Origin: Octopus vulgaris
Taxonomy: Eukaryota
Direction of reading: 5' to 3'
NCBI GenBank assembly: GCA_951406725.2
Contig: OX597821.1
Location: 35,278,001-35,342,000 of the forward strand
DNA: 64,000 bases
Within the stretch, counting starts at the first letter, position 1. Every line of letters starts with the position of its first letter. A program made the translations under genes and the position numbers. The notes under the pieces were generated by a model. It did no database searches, was not told where the DNA came from, and saw nothing but the letters and a program-made list of their open reading frames with translations. Positions 12,864 to 28,976 of this stretch are shown here, piece by piece.

Positions 12864-13414
12864 TATATCATAAATATCAGAGTAGGAAAAAGTTTTGAAA
12901 TTTTTACAACCAGTTGTCTAGTATATAGAAAACTAGTCAAAGACTATATATTATTAATGTAAATAGAGTGTACATTTAAACACATAAGAGATGGCCATAA
13001 TAGGACATCTAACACGCTGGAAGGAGTAGTCAAAATCCAAACCGAAGTGTGTGTGTCTGTGTGTGAGTGAGTGAAGGGGTGTGTTGTCATGTATTCGTAC
13101 TTATATAAATACATATGCATACATCTTGTTGTATGTATGTGTGTGTGTGTGTATGTGTGTGTGTGTGTGTGTGAGAGTGAGAGAGAAAGAGAGACGTCAA
13201 AGTGCTACACACACTCTCTCTCTCTCTAAGTTTTGAATCGCTATTTACAAACAAACGACAAATTTCATAATTTACTGACAGAAGTATCTTCATTAATTTC
13301 ACTTCAATCCGTACGGTTTCGTCTTTTTCTGTTGTTGACGGTTTCTTTCTGGTTCCTTCGATACTGGTTCTTTGGTTCACTGAGTGACAAATTTCGCTTC
13401 AACCTGTACAGTAC

Positions 13415-16082
<2,668 letters not shown>

Positions 16083-16485
16083 TTCAGAATTGATTTCCCG
16101 ATTAAATAATTAATTATATCCCAACTGAAGAATAAATTGAATTTACAATAAATTTCTATACAACATATTTTGCTTTTTTTCTTCGAATATTTAAGGAAAA
16201 AAAATTAATTCCTGGACAACGTCGGGTGCCTCTATTACTGTATATATCTATATTAATTCATAATAGAATAAAAGCATAAAAATCACGTTAATGATTCTTA
16301 TCAATAGTGATTTTTAGCAGGCTATCAAAATTTATAGGAAATTTGTACATTAAATTAATAATAATGTACGTATGTATATAATTATATTAAGGGAGCATGC
16401 TTGAAGTGCCGATACCTTAAAAAAAAACTACCAAAAACTATAGATAAATATACACATGCCCGAAAGCGGGCTAGTGAAAGAAAAT

Positions 16486-16572
<87 letters not shown>

Positions 16573-17800
16573 GTATATAAATATATAAATATATATATAT
16601 GTATATATTACATATATATATTTGTGATTATATATTTATATGGATATATATTTATATGTATATATAAGTATATATTTATATGTATATATATATTACATAT
16701 ATATATTTGTGCTTATATATTTATATATGTATATACTTAGGCACATAAATATGTATCTATCTATATATGTGTGTCAGTGCATGTTTGTGTGTATGTGTGC
16801 GTGCGTGTGTGTGTGTGTGTGTGGCTACGAGTGTATGTATATGTCTGTTTGTTACATATACATGTCATATCTACACGCAGCTTTGTCAGTGAACAGGTCG
16901 CGGTCTCAAAGCGACGAAAATATTTTGACAAATTAAATTTAAATGTTGAAATGAATCTAACGGTTTTGTGTGTTTCTTAAATGACTTATAAACACCTTCC
17001 ACGCTGCAATTGTTTTCGCTCCAGCACACGATCTCGGATCAAGTCACTCGCTATGCAAATACATCTCCGTAATTTCTAAAATATACAGATGATGAGAAAA
17101 GTAAACTTGAAAAAAAAAAAATAATAAATATGGCGGTGCCCCAGCATGGCCACAGCTCATTAGCTGAAACTGGAAAAATCAAAATCAAAAATCATAAGAT
17201 CCAATCTTCCCACCAAAACAAAAAGACCGCAAAAAGAGGGGCGGAAACAATAAACGTTAAAGTAAAACATGCAGTTAGTGAAACGGAAACGATAAAAAAA
17301 CAAAAAAAAACCCAAAAAAACAGAGACTACCAAAATACCATTCTAGCATCAACATGGGTGACATGAGCAAAAACAACAACAGCAGCAGCAGCAGCAGCAA
17401 CAATATTCACATCAGCAGCAGCAGCAGTAACAGCTACGAGGGCAACAGAAGTAGTGGCAGAAACAGACGTGAATGGTGCAGCATATCAACAGCTGCAGAT
17501 AGACGACCTCAGTTTCTGTCACCTTGACCTTTGAATCTAAATATTACTGATGTCTCTGTGTATACGTTCGGTGTGTCTACGCTGCTGCTGCTGTTGGTGA
17601 TGTTGATGTTGTTATTTTAACTACTACTACTACTACTTCTACTACTACTGCTGCTGGTGCTGCTCTTACCGTTGTTGTTATTTTTATTGTTGTTGTTTGT
17701 AGTCTAGTTGGGGACAAACGATACTTCTCATTTCAAAATGAAACAAACTGCAGCGAGATTATATCTGACGATGATCTCTTTCCCTCCCTCTTTCTCCCTC

Positions 17801-18365
<565 letters not shown>

Positions 18366-19329
18366 TATTTGCCAGCCTGTCTATCTATCTGTTGTTCCTT
18401 CCCTCCCTCCCGTCTCTTTCCCCCTCTCTCCCTTCCCCTCTCTCTCTCTATCTAACTTTCTATAATTCAGTTTTTGTATTTATATCTACTTCTTTTTTTG
18501 CTTTGCTCAAGCTTTAATCTTCGTCCTTGAATTTTGCGTCTTTTTCTCTACGTGCATCACATAGTCTTCGCTAGATTCCTCTTTCTAAAACCCCTAACAT
18601 ATTTCTATGTGTACAAGTTTCTCTCCCTCCTTTGATACTATTTGCACTGACATTTACCCTCATTTCTCTGTACTGTTGGCTAACAGAGTTCTTCACTCCC
18701 TAACATTTGAAAAGACACACATGTATGCTAAGGCCCATTATTGTTGCTAAATAGCTTTCTATACACACACACGATCACCCACATAACTGTAGCCATATGC
18801 TACGATGTGCAATGTATCTATCCATTAATCCTCCCATGACATCATCCGCGTGTGTTTTTAGTGAAGTACTTTCTGTTGCAAGATTTCCATTTTGAGTATA
18901 ACATTCTTACTCCACCATTTTGAGAGATCTGTCAAAGGTCAGGCACGCTGCATTTGAAACTGTAAACTATTTAAAATGGGGATACACACAAATACGTATA
19001 TCGTGCGTAGATGCATTTATGAATATACATATACATACATTTACACAAATACTTAGAAATATTTGGTTTCAGAGAAAAATAGCAAAAGAAAGTGACACAG
19101 TGAAGATCTGTGAGACATTTCAAAAATTCTCCATCTGAGATTATAATGTGAATAGATTCACACACTTGGATGTATTTATCGACAGTTCAGCAAACACACC
19201 AACTCAACCACAGAGTTACAAAACTGGGAACTTTCTTAACCCAAAAAGTCATGTTGTTTTGTTAGCAACCAGCTTGAACTCTCTCAAGAAAAACTTAAAT
19301 TAAACTCAAAGAAGAAACATACATGCATA

Positions 19330-19492
19330 GACGCAGGAGTGGCTTTGTGGTAAGTAGCTTGCTTACCAAGCACATGGTTCTGAGTTCAGTCCCACTGCGT
19401 GATACCTTGGGCAAGTGTCTTCTACTATAGTCTCGGGCCGACCAAAGCCTTGTGAGTGGATTTGGCAGACGGAAACTGAAAGAAGCCCGTCG

Positions 19493-19559
<67 letters not shown>

Positions 19560-19740
19560 TTGTGTGTCTGAGTTTGTCTCCCAACATCGCCTGACAACCG
19601 ATGCTGGTGTGTTTACCTCCTCGTAACTTAGCTATTCAGCACAAGTGACCGATAGAATAAGTACTATTCTTACAAAGAATAAGTCCTGGGGTCGATTTCT
19701 TCGACTAAAGGCGTTGCTCTACAGTAAAAGAGTAAAAGAG
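19330..19740 (+). mobile_element. SINE family C (CORE-like) with internal (TA)n(TG)n microsatellite
   Basis: GCAGGAGTGGC..TGTGGTAAG head, CCTTGGGCAAGTGTCTT CORE-like motif, GACGGAAACTGAAAGAAGCCCGTCG, 3' half ending (AGTAAAAG)2. Confidence 0.9.
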
Positions 19741-20395
19741 TATCTCAGATACAAACATAAATATATATTCTTTTATGGAAGCGAAGCAGCGCTTCTGTAA
19801 CAAACATTATCGACCAAATATACGGAATGTATACATACTGCGCATTTGCCAGTAGGCTGCGAATTTGCGCGGAGGAGATTACTCTTTCAGAGCGCTGGGT
19901 GTTAGAACGTTCACACACTCACACGCATATGTAAAGTTGAATGAAGCGTTATTCCGCTGTGGAAGTATTCCCTGGAGAAAATTCTCCTCGCTTGATGACT
20001 GACATTGGTGCGTACTTGCCGGTTCGGCAAAGAGACCAACAGAACGAGTACCAGGCTTACAAAGAGTGAGTTCCGGGGTCGATTACTTCAACTAAAAGCT
20101 GGTTATCCAGCATGGCTGTAGTCAGATTACTGAAGCAACCAGAAGAATACAAAAGACAGGATGGCCATGGCTTTACTACCAACCGTAAAGTCCTGTTATG
20201 TTTTGGGGCTGTTTTTCCCAACAGAGACGAAGAGGCAATGTCGAGTTATAAAGTATCTATACTTAACGAACCCCCATCTGTCCGTAATTCTGACAATAGC
20301 TAATTTCTTTCCGAGAAGTCGTACCGAAACAATGGGAGACCAAGTTGACGTTGACGTGATTTGAATAGAAACTGCAGACAAGCAGAACATATACC

Positions 20396-20805
20396 TATTT
20401 CATTACTACCCACAAGGGGCCAAACACAGAGAGGAGAAACAAGGACAGAGAAACGATTAATTCGATTATACCGACCCCAGTGCGTAACTTGTACTTATTT
20501 AATCGATCCCGAAAGGATGAAAGGCAAAGTCGACCTCGGCGGAATTTGAACTCAGAACGTAGCGGCAGACGAAGTACCTATTTCTTTTACTACCCACAAG
20601 GGGCTAAACACAGAGGGGACAAACAAGGACAGACAAACGGATTAAGTCGATTACATCGACCCAGTGCGTAACTGGTACTTATTTAATCGACCCCGAAAGG
20701 ATGAAAGGCAAAGTCGACCTCGGCGGAATTTGAACTGAGAACGTAGCGGCAGACGAAGTACCGCTAAGCATTTCGCCCGGCGTGCTAACGTTTCTGCCAG
20801 CTCGC
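20396..20805 (-). mobile_element. SINE family D composite: head-core-tailA-core-tailA
   Basis: Core+tail A is duplicated (20396-20577 and 20578-20760); 17-bp TSD CAAGC(A/T)GAACATATACC at 20379-20395 and 20806-20822. Confidence 0.9.
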
Positions 20806-21881
20806 CAAGCTGAACATATACCACAAACTATTCTGAGCCACGGTATAAGAACCTCTAAATTCGTCACCTTAGTATTAATCATTGGTCTGAGGATTAAACA
20901 AAAACGAGTGCATAGAAACAGCAGCCTTCATTTAACTATAGATCAATAGTTTTCTTAGATTCTTTAAGGCACCATGTGTTGTACAGAAACACTAAATTCT
21001 TTTCATTAATTAAAATTTCTTTACGAGCAGGAGAAAAAAAAAATTTAAAAGAAAAAAAAAGCAATTGTTGTTGGAGACAGTGAAAATAAGCTTTCAAGTA
21101 CGTCGTTATTACCCTATACCATTTCGTGAAAAAACAAAGACAAAAAGAAAACATCATTTCAAATCAGTCACGCTTAGAAAATTCTATTCTAATATATTTC
21201 CAGTCTATTGAATATAATCATTTCAATAAAACAGCATAGAAATTTAAAAAAAGAATACAATAAAAAAGTAAAAAACTAATTATCAACACTTTCAGGTTGC
21301 GAATTTATTATTCTACAATCGTAACACCGAACAATTAACCATTCGCTGACTAAACTCTGTTGAAGACGAGGACGCTGTGATGAGAAATATCAGTCATCGT
21401 ATCAGGATAGATTGAGCATGTACTTTAGAGTGTAGCTCTGATAGAAATATCAGCTAAATCAACCTCATACCATACAATTTAATATTAAAAAGGCAGCGAA
21501 TCGTTAGCAGCCGGACGAAATGCTTTGCGGCTCCACTGAGGTCGATTTTTGCCTTTCATTCTTTCGTGGTCGATAAATTAAGTACTAGTGAAACACTAGG
21601 GCCAACGAAATCGACTATCCTCTTGTGCCTTCTGCTGGAGCACAGCCTTGAAGAATACATATCTGATATTATTATTAGGTCACTGCATGGAATCGAACTT
21701 AAACACTATGTCATATGTCCGTGGGCAATTATGGAGTGAATTTTAGGGCTTATAAATCTAATATTTTTTATCCTACTTTATTACCGGTTCCCATATGCTG
21801 CTCATATCTGTATATGGTCCCCTAGCATATACATGCACATGCACACACACACGTACACACACACACACACACACACGCGCG

Positions 21882-21942
<61 letters not shown>

Positions 21943-21954
21943 ACAACGTAAATA

Positions 21955-22562
21955 TATATACGACGGTCGTCTTTCAGTTTCCGTCTGCCAAATCCACTCA
22001 CGAGGCTTTTGGTCAAATCGAGGCTATAGTGGAAGATACCTTGGATCTTTTCGGTTTGAACGGCAGTTTTTTGTAGCGGTGTCATATGAAATTGTCACCC
22101 ATAATTATGACTCTAGTATCGATCTATTGCATTTCAATCTGTTTTAGTGTTAAGCTTAGTTAGGGTTAGTTAAGGTTAGGGTTAGGGGTGGGGGAAGGGT
22201 ATCTTTTTCTCTTCACAAATGTAAATAAACCCAATCTGTTTCTTAAACGAGGGACATATTCATACGGCACAGAATGTTTTTTTTACCTCAATGGACGTAA
22301 TTGATTGGTTGAAATTGCAGAAATTGAAGAAAAAAACAACAAATATCTTACAAACTATAGAATTTTCTCAATAAAGCCAAGAGAAAAAGATGTTTTATAA
22401 ATACATTCTACCAGTATAGGAAGTTTAAAATTTTTTAGTTACCTAGAAATTATGTTAAAGCCGTTCAAACCGAAAAGATCCGAAGACACTTGCCTATGGT
22501 TCCACATCAAAGGACTGAGCACAGACCACGTCATTGGGAAGTAAACTTACTACCACACTGCT
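21955..22562 (-). mobile_element. SINE family C 5' half, interrupted by MITE copy 2
   Basis: CTTTCAGTTTCCGTCTGCCAAATCCACTCAC...GAAGATAC precedes the MITE and GAAGACACTTGCC...CTTACTACCACAC follows it. Confidence 0.8.
22043..22481. mobile_element. MITE (Merlin-like), copy 2, nested in a SINE
   Basis: GGATCTTTTCGGTTTGAACGGCAG...GCCGTTCAAACCGAAAAGATCC with internal TTAGGG repeats; TSD imperfect. Confidence 0.9.
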
Positions 22563-23009
22563 ACATCTGATCCTTGAACCCGAAACCATGAGGAGTACTG
22601 GGGTCGATGTAATCGACTAACCCTTCCTAAACATTTCTGGTGTTTGCCCATAGCAGAAAGATTACTAATCTTATAGAAAGTATTGTAATTTGCTTCGAGC
22701 ATCACAGTTTATATTTGAAACAGCATAAAAGCCATGAAACGTAAGTATAATTGTTTTATATAATTAAGCGTGGCTATGACGTTATGCAACATATCAAGAT
22801 ATTAAAAATATTTAAGTTGGACAAAATGATTTACAAATTATGTAGACGAATATATGAAACAGATAATTTTAGAAGAAAGTAACATTTATGGCAATATGAA
22901 AAATAAGGCAACCAGCCCGCTCACGGGTGAAAAAACCTAAGAGCTGAATTGGATCACGGCACAACTCGTCCCTGCTCTCTTGTCCCTTGTCGTATAGGAA
23001 CATGATGTA

Positions 23010-23227
23010 CGAGGGTGTGCTGAAAAGTTCCTGGCTTTGGGTAAAAGAAAATACAGGAGGATCAGTTTAATTATGATTTTATTCAACGTATTCCCCTCTC
23101 AAATTCACACACTTATTGTAGCAGTCCTTCAAATTTTGTAAGCGTTGTAAAAGAACTTGTAAAGTTGAGCCTCCAATCAGGTCTTTCACGATACGCCTAA
23201 AGCCAGGAACTTTTCAACATCCCCTCG
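23010..23227. mobile_element. Mariner-derived MITE
   Basis: TIRs CGAGGGTGTGCTGAAAAGTTCCTGGCTTT and AAAGCCAGGAACTTTTCAACATCCCCTCG; TA on the left, CA on the right. Confidence 0.85.
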
Positions 23228-23699
23228 CAGCTACATACATCCGAGAGGATTTTCTGTGTTACAGAAGATAAATAAATGTATTGGACGTCCTCAATATTTT
23301 TTAAATGGACTGTTTAGGCAATCTTCAATGACATACTCTTTTTACAGCAAATCTTTATCATTTTTACACTTCAGAATTTCCAGTCTTGATCTCAGCTCAT
23401 TCTTAAGAAAATATCCGTACAGGAGCATTCTCCTGTGTTTTATATACATCTTATTCTGGTTGTTTTAATTTTTAAAACTTTTTATTCAAATGCTTTCCGC
23501 ACCGAAACTAGTTTCATTTGATCTATCTTCGTCATACGATAGTGTTGTACAACTGTTCATCCATTTGTTGGTCATGCGTTTTCTGGTTGGCTTAAAACCA
23601 GCAATTTTGCACCCCGCTTTTGTTGTCGGCTTTGTTTGTGAACCTCCTAGCTCTCTCTTTCTCTTTCATTTCAGATTCTCAGCAATCAATTAGTTCTTA

Positions 23700-24095
23700 T
23701 TTCCACGCGCGTAATAGCTGCCTTTTGTGCCGTGTACCATCACACTTTCTGGTTTTAACTATTTACTAGCGATAGGATACAGTTCTGAGATAGATCTATT
23801 GGCCTTCGCAGACTGTAGCCTACCACATCATTTCTGTTCACATCAGCACTGAAAACTTATTCATAGTATTTCAAGAGTTTATTGCAGTTCGATCCTGAGA
23901 GCAAATATGTGGACCATTAATTCGGCTTGTTGCCTCGTCTAATTTTCGATTCAAAAGCCAAGCACACATCGCTGTTTTCCTTACCACCATCGACAGAAAC
24001 CAAACTATCCCATATAGCAGGTAACACCTCCTTTCACTGCTCCTTCATGGGTACATTGAACCCTCTGATATTTAAGAAGTAAAGCTATATTGCAT
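23700..24095 (-). mobile_element. Possible highly decayed L1/Tx1 AP-endonuclease region
   Basis: The minus strand gives LNIRGFN (APE motif I-like) and weak INGP.. and FS.DV matches, with many stops. Confidence 0.25.
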
Positions 24096-24754
24096 TGACC
24101 TTCCTTAATTAAAATCGTCAGGTAAGGTGACAGCATTATTATATTTTTTCTGACATATATATCTTAAACAATGTTCGTATGTAGTTACTGATTTTTGGCT
24201 CAAGTCATCTGTACATCTATTTTTGTTATATTTGCGTTGTAGAATGTTTCTGGTCATCCAAGTATATGAATTTATATTACAGTTGTGTTCCTGTTTTACT
24301 GTGAGCTTTTTATTTTTTGTTTGTCTTTCCGACGCTTTAATATATACATTGGTGTTCGTAATTGCAACTATTTGTCTAAATGCTATTATTTTTCTTTTAT
24401 AGTTTGCGTACATATTTTCACAATCATCGACAAATTTTATTTTCGAAATATTGATTAACGTGAACAATACTGCTTCCCTTCTTGATATTGCCACTCGATG
24501 ATTTCCAAGACGAAGACGCAGCCATTTTTAAAAAGTCGTAAATAAACAAATTTTCATAATATTAAATAAATGGTTAAAAGAGAGAGTTTCATGTCTGCTC
24601 CAGGATAATGAGGCAGTCATCTAAAAATATCAGAGTCCCAGGTTTGTAAATACTCGAATAGTCTAAGATTTTGTTTTTTCGTTGAATAAATTTCTGGTAG
24701 AATTCAAACATTGCATAAGCGATATGTAACATGTCAATTATCATCATCATCATC

Positions 24755-24770
24755 AATAATAATAATAATG

Positions 24771-24805
<35 letters not shown>

Positions 24806-24959
24806 TATTATTGTTTTTGTTGTCGTTGTTGTTGTAGTAGTATTAATAACAGCACCACCACCAACAACAAAGTGACAACAGCAACTGCAGCAGCAACAAA
24901 AACAAGAGCAACAATAAAAACAACAACAAGAAAACAGCGACAACAACAGCAACATCAAC

Positions 24960-24992
<33 letters not shown>

Positions 24993-25035
24993 AATTATAA
25001 TAATAATAACAATAAACATAATAATAACAATAAAC

Positions 25036-25078
<43 letters not shown>

Positions 25079-25103
25079 TAATAGTAATAATAATAATAAT
25101 AAT
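24755..25103. repeat. (AAT)n/(AAC)n compound microsatellite
   Basis: Direct reading. Confidence 0.9.
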
Positions 25104-26005
25104 AAATCCCTTGCCACGTATGAGCGACTTCACACGATATACAGAAAATGGAAAACGACCTGAAGTCTCAAATTCAAGCTGCAAGAGTTTTTTTGCAAAT
25201 GTCTTGGGAGAAATAGATGTGTTATGCCAATTATGAGTAGAAGCCGAAAGAGAAATCTTTATGATGTAAAATTACCATAAGATGATGCAATTGGATCACT
25301 GAGAAATAATGAGGGAAACAAGAATCAAGGAGCGCTACAGAAAGTTAGGTCAATGGAACGAGAAATGAGTGAGAAAAATCTTTAAATTGTATAAGAGATG
25401 AATTAGGAATGTGTTAGGAACAAAAGTGAATGCAGGGAATATTATCAAAACAACGATTATATGGGTCATGCCTGTATTACGACACTGTTTATTCTTTTAA
25501 AACTGAACAAGGACAAAGCTACACGAATTAAATAGAAATAGGCAGCTGCTCAAACGGTATCATGAGCGCCACACTAAAATATCATCGACCGGTTCTACCT
25601 ATGAAAGGGGAGAGAATTATTAGACGCTGAAGACACCATTAATGCTACGATACTGTATTCGATAACCAGTTCTATATATTGAAGAAATGATGCTGTAAGT
25701 GGCTAGAAATGTCCATGAAATTTACTGAAACCTTTGGGGAATCCACGAACAGTAGAAAGAACAACTGGACAAATTGCTGAAAAGAGAATAAATTACACAA
25801 TCAGTTCATGAAGGGAACCAGTGATGACGGACAGAAACCGGATCGTTAATAATAGCTGCTCAAGAAAAACTCATTAAAATGAAATTAATAAAAGTCAGTC
25901 AGACTGCAAACGCAGAATCCGTGGGAAAGCAAATACAACACTGTGAGCTCTGAGTAGACGAAAAGTTGTATGAATACTACTCAGAAGCTGTGCTAGAGAA
26001 TGATA
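25100..26005 (+). mobile_element. Decayed, 5'-truncated R4/Dong-clade fragment (RT end to C-terminal region)
   Basis: Frameshifted pieces INPLPRMSDFTRY (cf. INHLLYMDDLKLY), ENDLKSQIQAARVF, IRNVLGTKVNAGNIIKT..WVMPVLRH, ETGSLIIAAQEK and YEYYSEAVLEND. Confidence 0.7.
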
Positions 26006-26188
26006 TTTATAAGAATATTTGGTATTTCTCCACATATAAACTTCTCAACTTGTCCGTAGCATTAAAACAAGAAGACCAGATATAACTATAGAGGATAAAA
26101 AAGGGAAAAGGTCGTAGACCTTGCAATACCATATCATAATAAAGAAATAACGAAAATTGAGAAATATCAGGACTTAGCCAAAGAGGAA

Positions 26189-26807
26189 GACTACCGTCAA
26201 TTATTGGTACTACTGCTACCTTTTTTTTCATCGACCACAACTGATTAACTTCCCAAGCTAACCTCTCATATCTCTCCACTTTTCTTTCTTCCTTATCGCA
26301 TACATTGTTGTCAGCTGGGCATGTTATATCAATGATCCAGCATAGTTTGTTTTCTTTCTCAATTAAGACCATGTCCGGCTTCCTATTCCCTATCTCATGG
26401 TCGCACTGAATCATAAAATCCTGTAGGATCTTTGCATTTCTATTTTCGACGACGCCTTCAGGTTTGTGGTCGTACCAGTTTTTTGCTCTGTCAAGTCCAT
26501 ACTTGTTGCAGAGTGTCCAATGGACAAGCCTAGCTATATTGTCGTTACGTCTCTTATATTCCTTCGGAGCTAGTGGCGTACAATGGCTGGTAATAGGTCA
26601 TACTTTTTCACCGTTTTGTCCACAGATTCTGCACTTATCACTTTCTGCTGTGTTGTCCATTCTATATTTTATGTAGTTTGTCCTTAGTACTTGCTCTTGA
26701 GTAGCACAGATTAGAGCCTCTGTTTCCAGTTTTAAATCCCATTTCGTCATCTACAGCCATCATTTTTCTCTGTCTCTCCTATCTTAAACATCCTTATGAA
26801 ATTGTCC
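26189..26807 (-). mobile_element. R4/Dong-clade fragment: zinc knuckle + restriction-like endonuclease
   Basis: ETEALICATQEQ, DKCRICGQNGE, ARLVHWTLCNKYG, RKPDMVLI..ENKLCWIIDITCP (PD..D RLE motif) and VAVVPIIDGSL. Confidence 0.88.
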
Positions 26808-26845
26808 GCCCTTATCATAATCGTTCTTCATATACACATAATAGA

Positions 26846-26910
26846 TTCTTCTTCTTCTTCTTCTTCTTCTTCTTCTTCTTCTTCTTCTTCTTCTTCTTCT
26901 TCTACTACTA

Positions 26911-26954
<44 letters not shown>

Positions 26955-27030
26955 ACCACTACTACCACTACTACTACTACTACTTCTTCTTAATAATAAT
27001 AATAATAATAATAATGATAATAATAATAAT
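26846..27030. repeat. Compound (TTC)(ACT)(GCT)(AAT) trinucleotide repeat
   Basis: Direct reading. Confidence 0.95.
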
Positions 27031-27094
27031 AGACACTTTCCATCATACCCATCACATACTAATAAACAGAATTTTCATCAAATGATAATAATGG

Positions 27095-27299
27095 TTTCAC
27101 ATTTTGACCAGCATTTTCTGGAAGGATTGGAAATCATTTACTTCGACCCCAGTCGTCAACTGATTCTTAATTTATCAAATCCGAAAGGCTGAAAGGCAAA
27201 ATCGACCTCAGCGCAAATTGAACTCAGAACGTAAACGCGGACGAAATAACGTTGGACCTTTTTGTCCGGCGTGCTAACGATTCTGTCAGCTCACCGCCT
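27095..27299 (-). mobile_element. SINE family D (diverged)
   Basis: GAAAGGCAAAATCGACCTC...GGCGTGCTAACG...CAGCTCACCGCC. Confidence 0.8.
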
Positions 27300-27708
27300 C
27301 CATAGTCATAATAGTAATAATGACAATAATAATAATAATACTGATGATGATGATGATGATGATTTTTTATTAGTCACGAAGGACTCATATAGAAAATACA
27401 CTAAATATCGAAATTATGGGGTTAGCAAGAGAAGCAACTAAACAGACTAATGGATTTTGTTGTCTTTCTAATGTCTCTCTTTCCTCGTCGTCTCGCAATA
27501 ATGTATTTTATTAGCACAATATCACATTTTGGTATACCACAAAAAAAAAAAGAAAGAAAAGAAATCAGCATTTGACTAGTATATTGTTTATTGATCTCAG
27601 AGAAGAGAAGATTTTAATATAGAACGTCAGTAAATTACCACAAAGTATTTAGTTATTAAAAACCCTCCAGCATCAGAAGCCGTAGCAAAAGCAGCGTAAA
27701 CACCAGTC

Positions 27709-28202
27709 CTAGGAGTGGTTGTGTGGTGAGAAGCTTGCTTCTCAACCACATGGTTAAAGGGTCAGTCCCATTGCGTGGTACCTTGGGCAAGTGTCTTCTT
27801 CTTTAGGCTCGGGCCGACCAAAGCCTCATGAGTGGATTTGGTAGACGGAAACTGAAAGAAGCTTGTCGTAAGATATATATATATATATGTCTTTGTGTAT
27901 GTGTTAATGAATAACTACCGCTTGAAAACCGGTGTTGGCATGCTTACGTCTTAATAATTACCAGGCTTTAAAAAAATGGGGTCGATTCATTCAACTAAAA
28001 GTTCTTCCAGACAGTACCCCGACATAGCCGCAGCCTAGTGACTGCAACAAATAAAGGATGCGTCCCAAGGAGCTTGGTTCCCAGGCACATGATTCTGCGT
28101 TCAGTCCCACATCGGAGCGCCTTAGGCAGGAGTATTCTACTACACCCTCGGGCTGACGAAAGCCTAGTGAGTGGATTTGGCGGACGGAAACTGAAAGAAG
28201 TC
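27709..28202 (+). mobile_element. SINE family C copy plus a second 5' fragment
   Basis: CCTTGGGCAAGTGTCTTCT is present and GACGGAAACTGAAAGAAG occurs twice. Confidence 0.8.
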
Positions 28203-28273
28203 TTTAATCTTCGGATTTTTTAAAATATACTAGACCACTGGTTTTAATTGATTAATATCAATTTCTACTCTTA

Positions 28274-28304
<31 letters not shown>

Positions 28305-28316
28305 TTTCAAATAGCC

Positions 28317-28379
28317 AGATAACCGAAGAGATGGCGTTGTGGATTCCCACTTCGGCATCTGAAACTCAGAGTTTTATCT
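28317..28379 (+). ncRNA. Type I hammerhead ribozyme-like motif with extended stem II
   Basis: AGATAA-CCGAAGA-GATG(22 nt)CATC-T-GAAAC-TCAGAGT-T-TTATCT: 6-bp stem I AGATAA/TTATCT, stem II GATG/CATC, palindromic stem III ACTC-A-GAGT, GUU triplet. Confidence 0.55.
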
Positions 28380-28402
28380 TGACTATCGAGTAATGTAACA
28401 TA

Positions 28403-28452
<50 letters not shown>

Positions 28453-28592
28453 GAAATATTTTACGAAAAGAAAATATAAAATACACGTGGAAATGTATAT
28501 ATATATATATATATATATATACAAATATACATATATATATACATATATTATATAAATACATTATTTTATATATGTATATATATATATATATA

Positions 28593-28866
28593 GTGAAGGC
28601 GCGTGGCTCACGACGCGTTGTATCCTTGAAAAGACACTTTATTTCCCGTTGCTCCAGTCCACTCAGCTGGCAAAAATGAGTAGTACCTGTATTTCATAGG
28701 GCCAGTATTCTCAAATTTTGTGTCACACTGAATCTCCCTGAGAACTACGTTAAGGGTACACGTGTCTGTGGAGTGCTTAGCCACTTGCACGTTAATTTCA
28801 CGAGCAAGCCGTTCTGTTGATCGTATCGGCTGGGACCCTCGTCGTCGTAACCGACGGAGTACTCCC
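28593..28866 (+). mobile_element. SINE family B with deleted Pol III promoter region
   Basis: Matches 40965-41294 but lacks the segment from the A box through the B box. Confidence 0.85.
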
Positions 28867-28976
28867 TCCTATATATAAAAAAACAGAAACGTATCAGATC
28901 TTGTTTACTCGTGGTTGTAAATAATTAAGAAAGAAAAATATGTAAAAACGCACAGGAGGTTTGTATAATGAAATTC

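Noticed and set aside
16455-16475. GCCCGAAAGCGGGCTAG hairpin, possible Helitron end
   Set aside because: Too short, and no 5' terminus identified.
17370-17700. CAG/CTG-rich stretch resembling a polyQ exon
   Set aside because: Degenerate trinucleotide repeats on both strands with no sustained ORF or splice support.
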